Assembly (NCBI GenBank): GCA_038231275.1
Contig: JBBRLQ010000003.1
Location: forward strand, 1 to 44,339
Reading direction: 5' to 3'
DNA length: 44,339 bases
From: Polyangiales bacterium
GTDB taxonomy: Bacteria; Myxococcota_A; Polyangia; Polyangiales; Polyangiaceae
The notes beneath the pieces are model-generated. The model was not told the DNA's origin, ran no database searches, and was given only the letters and a program-made list of their open reading frames with translations. Shown here piece after piece: positions 35,581 to 44,339 of this stretch (positions within the stretch are counted from its first letter, which is position 1; every line of letters starts with the position of its first letter). The position numbers and the translations under genes were made by a program.

Positions 35581-36740
35581 TGTCCTTTCACTCCCTTGTC
35601 GATCGCCGCCACCGTCTTGCCCACCATCGGCCCCGGCTGGAACACGACGTCGCGGTCGAAGCCGGTCCGCGCGATGACGAGCTTGCGCGACGGCACCATG
35701 AAGACCTTCTGCCCCCAGTGCCCTTCGAACGAATACGTGTCGACCGGGGCCTCTGCGTACATGAACGTGTCGGGCGTGGCCGTGGGCGTCGCAGAATTAA
35801 GCCAAATTCCCGCGCCGTACGAGCCGCCGTCGGGGCGATAGCCGCCGCCGTCGGGAGACTTGGGCGACGGCTGCGACACCGGCGCGGACGGCGCGATCGA
35901 GTACTTCACCCACCCCTCGGGCAGGACGCGCACGCCTTTGTACACGCCGTCGTCGAGGTAGAGCTGGCCGAACTTGGCCATGTCGCGCGGGGTCATGAAG
36001 CACGACGACGAAAAGATGAGCGTGCCGGTCTGATCGGACTCGAAGACCGCGCTCGCGAGGCCCGCCGGATCGAAGAGCTTCTCCTTCGCCCACGCGCGCT
36101 CGTCCTTGCCGATGTTGGCGAGCGCGCCGCGCAGCACGCGCGAGAGGAGCGTGCTGTCGCCGCTCGAGTAGTTGAAGAGCGTATCGGGCGCGGCCTTGCG
36201 CTTTCGCCGCTGCACGTACGCGCCCATGTCGTTCTGGTGGCCGTAGAGCATCTGGAGCACGTTCGACGTCGCCGGATCGGAGCCGTAGTCCTCCGCCCAC
36301 TCGAGGCCGCTCGTCATGTGGAGCAGGTGCTCGACGGTCGTGTCGCAGAGCGTGGGGTCGGCGCCGGAGGGCGGGGGCGCGTATTTGCAGAGGCTGTCCT
36401 TCAGCGCGAGGACGCCGTCGTGGATGGCGATGCCGACGAGCGCCGCGCCGATCGACTTCGAGGCGGAGTACAAAATATGCCTATTTTGTGCGGTGAATCC
36501 CGCCGCGTACTCCTCGTAGACGAGCTGTCCCTGGTAGAAGATGACGAGTCCCTCGCTCTTCCAGCTTCCGGCGAAGATCTCGTCGTGCACCGCCGAAAAA
36601 TCGAACGAAGGAGTCGTGGGGCCGCTGTCTGCGGGCGGCGTCGTGTCGGCGTCGGGACCCGGCGCGGGTGTCGCCGTCGACGACGACGACTTGCAACCGA
36701 CCGCCACCGCCAGCGCCGCGAGCGCGAGCCTCATCCGCAT
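35577..36740 (-). CDS. Serine hydrolase of the beta-lactamase / penicillin-binding (class C / DD-peptidase) family; lipoprotein
   Basis: Strong SD (aggaggagg) 8 nt upstream of ATG 36740. Signal and lipobox MRMRLALAALAVAVGC. SxxK active-site motif in ...NRHILYSASKSIGAALVGIAI.... Confidence 0.8.
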   Translation of the reverse strand: MRMRLALAALAVAVGCKSSSSTATPAPGPDADTTPPADSGPTTPSFDFSAVHDEIFAGSWKSEGLVIFYQGQLVYEEYAAGFTAQNRHILYSASKSIGAALVGIAIHDGVLALKDSLCKYAPPPSGADPTLCDTTVEHLLHMTSGLEWAEDYGSDPATSNVLQMLYGHQNDMGAYVQRRKRKAAPDTLFNYSSGDSTLLSRVLRGALANIGKDERAWAKEKLFDPAGLASAVFESDQTGTLIFSSSCFMTPRDMAKFGQLYLDDGVYKGVRVLPEGWVKYSIAPSAPVSQPSPKSPDGGGYRPDGGSYGAGIWLNSATPTATPDTFMYAEAPVDTYSFEGHWGQKVFMVPSRKLVIARTGFDRDVVFQPGPMVGKTVAAIDKGVKGQ

Positions 36741-36792
36741 CGCAAGCCTCCTCCTAGAAAGAGCGCTTCGCTCCGCTCCGCTTCGGTCCGCT

Positions 36793-37287
36793 TCAATACG
36801 GGAAGCCGCACTTCTTGAAGACGTCCGCCAGGAGGGCGGGATCGCAGGTCGGGCACATGCCCGGCTCGGTGACCGTGATGGCGAGGCCGTTGTTCATCAC
36901 GCAGCTGCAGCCGCGGTCGATGGCGTTGCACTGGCACGTGACGTCGTACTGATCGTTGACGGTGCCGGGGGCGCCGCACTGGACGCTGTCGTAGACGGTG
37001 CAGTTGTTCGAGGCGCCCTTCGACGAGACGTTGTGCGAGCCGCACACGACCTTGCCTGTGGAGCCGCTCGTGGTGCTGCCGGTGGTGCCGCTCGTCCCGC
37101 TCGTGCCGCTCGTCCCCGTCGAGCCGCCGTCTTTGCCGGACGCGCCGCTGGTTCCGCTCGCGCCGCTGGTCCCACTGCTGCCGCCGCCCTCGGCGCCCCC
37201 GTCGGTTGTGCTCACCGAGCTCCCGCCACAGGCGAACCCAAGAAACGTCATCGTACAAAAGATGATCCGCGCTTTCGCCCAGCTCAT
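36793..37287 (-). CDS. Small secreted Cys-rich protein with a Gly/Ser/Thr linker (~164 aa)
   Basis: MSWAKARIIFCTMTFLGFACGGS signal/lipobox-like. Then (SGT/SGA)n low complexity. Then a 10-Cys C-terminal domain (...VVCGSHNVSSKGASNNCTVYDSVQCGAPGTVNDQYDVTCQCNAIDRGCSCVMN...MCPTCDP...KKCGFPY). Confidence 0.55.
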   Translation of the reverse strand: MSWAKARIIFCTMTFLGFACGGSSVSTTDGGAEGGGSSGTSGASGTSGASGKDGGSTGTSGTSGTSGTTGSTTSGSTGKVVCGSHNVSSKGASNNCTVYDSVQCGAPGTVNDQYDVTCQCNAIDRGCSCVMNNGLAITVTEPGMCPTCDPALLADVFKKCGFPY

Positions 37288-37540
37288 GGGCCTCACCGTA
37301 CCGCCCCTTTGGCGGCGCGCGAGCGCGATTTAACGCCGCGCTGTGACCCTCGCCAACGTCGCGCAACATTTTCGCGAAATCCCATGCGCACTTGCCACCG
37401 ATAACGGGGGTTGTACGAGCGGGATGGCTTCCTCTATAAAGCCCCCGCTCGCCCCCGCATTTCCTCGCGAGCAATCGCCCCTTGCCCGCGCCCCGCCCTT
37501 CTGGGGAGGGGCCGCGCGTGCAAACGGAAAGCAACCGAGA

Positions 37541-38167
37541 ATGCAGATATTCCCTCGATCGCTCAACAAGCTCCCCATCGTGGCGGCCCTCGGCGGCGGC
37601 GTGCTCGTGGGCGGGCTGACGCTCGGCATCTGGTACTACGCGTCGCCCAAGAACACGCAGGTCGGCTACGCGCCGACGCAGCCCGTGCCCTACAGCCATC
37701 GGCTCCACGCCGGCCAAATGGGCATGGATTGCCGCTATTGCCACTCGAACATCGAGAAGTCGGCGAAGGCGATGATCCCGCCGACGCAGGTCTGCATGGG
37801 CTGCCACTCGATCGTCCGCGCGGAGTCGGCGCGCATCGCTCCGCTCAAGAAGAGCTGGGAGACGAACATGCCGGTCGAGTGGGTGCAGCTCCACAAGCTG
37901 CCCGACCACGCGTACTTCGATCACTCGGCGCACCTGGCCGCCGGCGTCGGCTGCGTGACGTGTCACGGCCGCATCGACCAGATGGACGTCGTACGCATCG
38001 ACCAGCCCATCGCCATGGGCTGGTGCCTCGAGTGCCACCGCGATCCGGTGAAGAACCTGCGTCCCAAGGACCAGGTCACCAACATGACGTGGACCCCCGA
38101 TCAGTCGCCGACGTTCAAGGCGCCTGACGTCCACCCCCCCGAACACTGCTCCGGGTGCCACCGATGA
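37541..38167 (+). CDS. actA: Alternative complex III subunit A, pentaheme cytochrome c
   Basis: Five CxxCH motifs (CRYCH, CMGCH, CVTCH, CLECH, CSGCH) after an N-terminal TM anchor. Confidence 0.85.
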   Translation: MQIFPRSLNKLPIVAALGGGVLVGGLTLGIWYYASPKNTQVGYAPTQPVPYSHRLHAGQMGMDCRYCHSNIEKSAKAMIPPTQVCMGCHSIVRAESARIAPLKKSWETNMPVEWVQLHKLPDHAYFDHSAHLAAGVGCVTCHGRIDQMDVVRIDQPIAMGWCLECHRDPVKNLRPKDQVTNMTWTPDQSPTFKAPDVHPPEHCSGCHR

Positions 38168-41100
38168 GTAAGCGCGACGCGTACGAGTTTGCGAAGCCCC
38201 GTGAGGCGGCGCCGCAGTTCTGGAAGAGCCTCGAAGAGAAGGCCGAGCCGGAAGCGGCGAAGAAGCGCGCGGAGGCTGAATTTCCCTTCAATTTGACGAA
38301 AGACGAGGAGCCCGGGCTCGGACGCCGTGGCTTCATGATGTTCGCCGGGATCACCGCCGCGATCGCCGGGCTCGAGGGGTGCGCGCGCCGGCCGGTCGAG
38401 AAGATCGTGCCGTACACGCGGATGCCGGAGTACTCGCTCCCCGGCATCTCGTACCACTACGCCACCGTCCGCCACGAGCGCGGCGAGGCGATCGGCCTCC
38501 TGGTCGAGACGCACGAGGGTCGCCCGACGAAGATCGAGGGCAACCCCGATCACCCGGCCAGCCTCGGCGCGACCGACGTGCGCACGCAGGCGTCCATCTT
38601 CGATCTCTACGATCCCGATCGCTCGACCAGCGTGAAGCACAAGAGCGGCGGCGCGCTCGAAGCGGCGAAGCTCGCCGAATTCGACGCGTGGCTCGCAGGC
38701 AAAATCAAGGCGTACGAGGCCGATCAGGGCGCGAAGCTTCGCTTCCTCTCGCCACCGACCAACAGCCCGACGTACCTCCGCCTCCGCGAGGCCATCCGCG
38801 CGAAGCTCCCGCACGCGCGCTTCCACACGTTCACGCCGGTGAGCGAGACGAACGCGCGGGAAGGCGCGCGCATCGCATTCGGCCAGGCCGTCAGCACGAT
38901 CAACGACTACCAGCACGCGAAGGTCATCCTCGCGCTCGACTCGGACTTCCTCCAGACCGAGCCCGGCATGATCCGCGCGACGCGCCAGTTCGCGCGCGGC
39001 CGCCGCCTCAACACGCCGAACGAGCCGATCAGCCGGCTCTACGTCGTCGAGCCGTCGTACACGACGACGGGCGCCAACGCCGATCACCGCCTTCGTCTCC
39101 CGGCGCGTGACGTCGAGCGGTACCTCGCCGCGCTCGCCACCGAGCTCTCCACGAAGCACGGCCTCTCGCTCGGCGCGGTCGCGACGCCGCTCGCGGGGAT
39201 CAAGGTCGAGGGCGTCCCCGAGAAATGGATCAAGGTCGTCGCCGCGGAGCTCGCGGGGGCCAAGAACCGCAGCGTCATCGCCGTCGGCTCGCGCCAGCCC
39301 GCCCGTGTCCACGCCCTCGCGCATGCGCTCAACGCCGCGCTCGGCAACGCCGGGCAGACCGTGCAGCACTTCCCGGTCGCCGATCCGGAGGAGACCGAAC
39401 AGATCGCCGATTTGAAGGCGCTCCTCTCGGACCTGGACGCGAAGCGCGTCGAGACGCTCATCGTCCTCGGTGGCAACCCCGTCTACGACGTCCCTGCGGA
39501 CCTGAAGTTCGGCGATCGCCTCGCGACCAGCGGCGCGACGCTCGTGCAGCTCTCCTCGCACGAGGACGAGACGACGGCGAAAGCCGCCTGGCACGTCCCG
39601 CTCGCGCACGAGTACGAGACCTGGGGAGACCAGCGCGGCCTCGACGGCACGTACAGCGTGCAGCAGCCGCTCATCGCCCCGCTCCACGGCGGGCTCTCGC
39701 CGATCGAAATTCTGGGCCGTATCGCCGGGGAAGCTCCCGGCGGCTACGCGCTCGTCCAGGGCACGCTCCGCGCGAGCTACCCGCAGCCGCTGACGCTCGA
39801 TCGCGAGTGGAAGAAGGCGCTTCAGCGCGGCGTCGTCACCGGCGCGGTCACCCGTCCGTTCCCGGCGATGGCGGTCCGTGAGGCCGACGTCGCGGCGGCG
39901 GCGGCGCAAATCAAGCCCGGCAAGGCGCTCGGCACCGACAACCTCGAGATCAACTTCGCGCCCGATCCGAAGATCTTCGACGGCCGCCACGCCAACAACG
40001 CGTGGTTGATGGAGCTGCCCGATCCCATGACGAAGATCGTCTGGGACAACGCCGCGTACTTCTCGCCGACCACAGCGGCCGCCCTCGGCATCGTCAGTGG
40101 GGACGTCGTCGAGATCGCGCGCGAGGGCAACAAGATCGAGATCGCGGCGTGGATCCTCCCGGGCCACGCCGACAACTCGGTCACGCTGCACCTCGGCTGG
40201 GGCCGCACCCACGCCGGCCGCTTCGGCGGCAACGAAGCCGAGCGCGACTGGGGCAAGGGCATCGACACCTACCCCATCACGCAGAAGCTGCCCGAGAACG
40301 GCAAGATGCGCGGCTTCAACGTGGGCCCGCTCCGCACGAGCGATACGCTCGGCTACGGCGAGGGCGCCAAGGTCACCAAGACCGGCAAGACCTACCAGCT
40401 CACGCAGACGCAAGAGCACCACTCGATGGAAGGCCGCCCGGTCGCCATCGACGCGACGCTTGCAGAATACAAGCAAACCCCGAGCTTCCCGCAGTACCGG
40501 ACGCCGGACCCCAAGGTCCTGCCGCTCTGGACGCCCGTCGATTACACGAAGGGCCACCGCTGGGGCATGTCTATTGATCTGAACGCGTGCACGGGCTGCA
40601 ACGCCTGCGTCATCGCGTGCCAGAGCGAGAACAACATCCCCGTCGTCGGCAAGGACCAAGTCCAGCGCGGTCGCGAGATGCACTGGATCCGCATCGATCG
40701 GTACTACCGCAACGGCTACGCCACGACGAAGGACGGCAACCTCGACGAGAAGGACCCGCTCGTCGCCGTGCAGCCGGTCGCGTGCGTGCAGTGCGAAGAA
40801 GCGCCGTGCGAGAACGTCTGCCCGGTCAACGCGACCGAGCACAGCCCCGAGGGGTTGAACGACATGGCGTACAACCGCTGCATCGGCACGCGCTACTGCG
40901 CGAACAACTGCCCGTACAAGGTCCGCCGCTTCAACTACCTCGAGTTCCAGGGCGAGCCGATGTACGGCGACCTGCCGGAAGTCACGAAGATGGCGAACAA
41001 CCCCAACGTCACCGTGCGCATGCGCGGCGTCATGGAGAAGTGCACGTACTGCGTGCAGCGCATCCAGGAGGGGAAGATCGCCAGCAAGCGCGACAGCCGG

Positions 41101-41306
41101 CCCATGAAGGACGGCGACGTTGTCACCGCGTGCCAGCAGGCGTGCCCGGCGGAGGCGATCGTTTTCGGCGACCTGAACGATCCGACGGCCCGCGTCACGC
41201 GCGCGCAAAAGCGTGACCGCGGCTACCGCCTCTTGAGCGAGCTCGGGACGCACCCGCGCACCACGCACCTCGCGAAGATCCGCAACCCGAACACGGAGAT
41301 GGTCTG

Positions 41307-41307
<1 letters not shown>
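38164..41307 (+). CDS. actB: Alternative complex III subunit B (molybdopterin-oxidoreductase-like domain fused to a 4x[Fe-S] ferredoxin domain)
   Basis: ATGA overlap with actA. Tat-like [17 protein letters not shown]-terminal Cys clusters [49 protein letters not shown]. 1047 aa is the typical ActB size. Confidence 0.85.
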
Positions 41308-42761
<1,454 letters not shown>

Positions 42762-42762
42762 C

Positions 42763-43344
42763 ATGAGCGCCGAGAAACCGACCTCTAGTACGGCTGCCAA
42801 GACGGCGATGACGCGCAACGCGCTCTACCTGGCGGAGTTCAGCGAGCCGGGGGCGTGCCTTCACGCCGCCGAGAAGCTGCGCGACGCCGGGTACAAAAAC
42901 TTCGACGCCCACACCCCGTTCCCGGTCCACGGCATGGACAAGGCGATGGGCATGAGCGACAGCAAGCTCGGCTGGATCACCCTCGCGTGCGGCATCACCG
43001 GCGTGTCGGCCGGCTGGCTCATGATGTGGTGGATGAACGGCGTCGACTACGCGCTCGTCATCGGCGGCAAGCCCCCGTACTCGCTGCCGTCGCAGATCCC
43101 GATCATGTTCGAGCTCACCGTCCTCTTCTCGTGCATCGGCACGGTGATCGGGATGCTGCACCTCAACAAGCTCCCGCGTCACCACCACCCGATCTTCGAG
43201 TCGGACCGGTTCGCGGGGTTCTCGGACGACAAGTTCTTCGTCTCCGTCGCCGCCGACGATCCGAAGTTCAGCGTCGAGAAGACCAAGGCGCTGCTCAAGG
43301 CGTGCAGCCCCGACGGCATCGAGCTCCTGAAGGAGGAAATCTGA
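42763..43344 (+). CDS. actD: Alternative complex III subunit D
   Basis: ~193 aa with one TM segment, positioned between actC and actE as in ACIII operons. The ActD assignment rests on gene order; I did not match a family motif. Confidence 0.7.
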   Translation: MSAEKPTSSTAAKTAMTRNALYLAEFSEPGACLHAAEKLRDAGYKNFDAHTPFPVHGMDKAMGMSDSKLGWITLACGITGVSAGWLMMWWMNGVDYALVIGGKPPYSLPSQIPIMFELTVLFSCIGTVIGMLHLNKLPRHHHPIFESDRFAGFSDDKFFVSVAADDPKFSVEKTKALLKACSPDGIELLKEEI

Positions 43345-43976
43345 TGCGCAGCGCGACGCTGACCACCGCGGTGCTCGCCGCCGCAGTCCTCTTCGGAGGG
43401 CTCGCCGGCTGCCGCGGGCAGACGACGAAGGAGACGCCGGTCACCTTCATCCGCAACATGTACGACCAGCCCAAATACGAGATCCAGGGCTACTCGGACT
43501 TCTTCGCCGACCACCGCACGATGCGGTTGCCGGTCGAAGGCGTCGTCTCGCGCGAGGCGGAGATCGATCCGCGCATCGCGAAGGGGCGCACTGAGGACGA
43601 CGCGGGCTGGGTCCTCACCATCCCGCAAGAGGTCACCGATCGCGCGGGCGGGATGAGCGCGCTGCTCGAGCGCGGCCGCGGTCGCTACACCATCTTCTGC
43701 GTCCCGTGCCACGACGCGACGGGAAGCGGCAACGGAATGGTCGCCAAGCGCGCCGCGGTCATCCCCGGCGCCAGCGCACTCGCGCCGACGAACCTGCACC
43801 TCGAGCGGCTCCGCCACATCCCCGATGGGCAGCTGTACGGGACCATCACCAACGGCATCCGCAACATGCCGCCGTACGGCCCGCAGACCACGGTGAGCGA
43901 TCGCTGGGCGATCGTCGCCTACGTGCGCGCGCTCCAGCTGAGCCAGTCCACCTTCGCGCCGGAGCAGAAGCTGTGA
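43344..43976 (+). CDS. actE: Alternative complex III subunit E, monoheme cytochrome c lipoprotein
   Basis: Lipobox LAGC, single CVPCH heme motif, ATGA overlap with actD. Confidence 0.8.
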   Translation: MRSATLTTAVLAAAVLFGGLAGCRGQTTKETPVTFIRNMYDQPKYEIQGYSDFFADHRTMRLPVEGVVSREAEIDPRIAKGRTEDDAGWVLTIPQEVTDRAGGMSALLERGRGRYTIFCVPCHDATGSGNGMVAKRAAVIPGASALAPTNLHLERLRHIPDGQLYGTITNGIRNMPPYGPQTTVSDRWAIVAYVRALQLSQSTFAPEQKL

Positions 43977-44339
43977 GCGACGAGAAAAAGACCACCAAGG
44001 ACGCGGGCAAGACCACGCTGCCCGGCACCAAGACGGTGAAGAACGACTACCGCATCCCGGAGTCGAGCGCCTGGGCCGGGTACTGGAAGATCTTCGCGGG
44101 CGTCGGCGTGCTCGGCCTCGCCGCGGCGGGTTTCGGCTACACGCAGGATCCGGAGCGCTTCGCGTTCTCGTACCTGTTCGCGTTCTTCCTCTTCTTGACG
44201 CTCGCGTTCGGCGGCACGTTCTTCGTGCTCATCGAGCGGCTCACGAGCGCGCACTGGAGCGTCGCGCTCCGTCGAACGGCGGAGTTTTTCATGGGCGGCA
44301 TGCCCGTGTTCGTCGTCCTCTTCATCCCGGTGGTCCTCA
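43973..44339 (+). CDS. actF: Alternative complex III subunit F (NrfD-like), 5' part only; runs off the window end
   Basis: GTG start overlapping the actE stop. (M)SDEKKTTKDAGKTTLPGTKTVKNDYRIPE... is followed by hydrophobic helices. Position and topology match actF. Confidence 0.65.
   Translation, partial: MSDEKKTTKDAGKTTLPGTKTVKNDYRIPESSAWAGYWKIFAGVGVLGLAAAGFGYTQDPERFAFSYLFAFFLFLTLAFGGTFFVLIERLTSAHWSVALRRTAEFFMGGMPVFVVLFIPVVL

Overview
This is a high-GC (~70%) bacterial chromosomal segment, most likely from a Myxococcota/Polyangia-like organism. The hints are a complete alternative complex III (actABCDEF) operon, many lipoproteins, a Cys-rich 'CGDDGCGG' secreted module, and abundant TPR/HEAT proteins. 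The window is densely coding; I support about 36 genes or gene remnants and mention only a few minor open tracts (e.g. the ~700-nt minus-strand ORF filling 18614-19474, whose N-terminal two-thirds I treat as antisense to ctaB). Many long six-frame ORFs are antisense artefacts of real genes and are rejected below.

Gene content, start to end:
- glyQ (partial, - strand), preceded by a perfect (CCGACT)12 microsatellite.
- A lipoprotein gene divergent from a three-gene + strand operon: an atypical lid-less Hsp70 with a ~320-aa proline-rich insertion, a J-domain protein, and a proline-tailed hypothetical.
- A single uninterrupted 12.1-kb - strand ORF encoding a 4039-aa all-helical TPR-like protein, convergent on that operon.
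- A decayed ClC-channel gene remnant.
- ctaB (heme O synthase) plus a hypothetical.
- A - strand envelope operon: small lipoprotein, secreted HEAT-repeat protein, O-antigen-ligase-like/TPR membrane protein.
- A translationally coupled + strand triplet: C39-like cysteine peptidase, DTW-domain protein, MTS methyltransferase.
- A secreted Bacillus-like PI-PLC.
- A TetR regulator divergent from a SnoaL/NmrA pair, with an operator-like palindrome.
- A small Lys-rich ORF, a YkgJ-family CxxCxxCC protein, and a 763-aa lipoprotein with six ~90-aa tandem repeats.
- An APC permease.
- A - strand secreted-hydrolase operon: Cys-rich protein, beta-lactamase-family, small secreted protein, amidohydrolase with a (TP)n linker.
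- actABCDEF, with actF running off the window.

The most unusual element is the pairing of the giant TPR solenoid gene with the dedicated atypical Hsp70/J-protein module.
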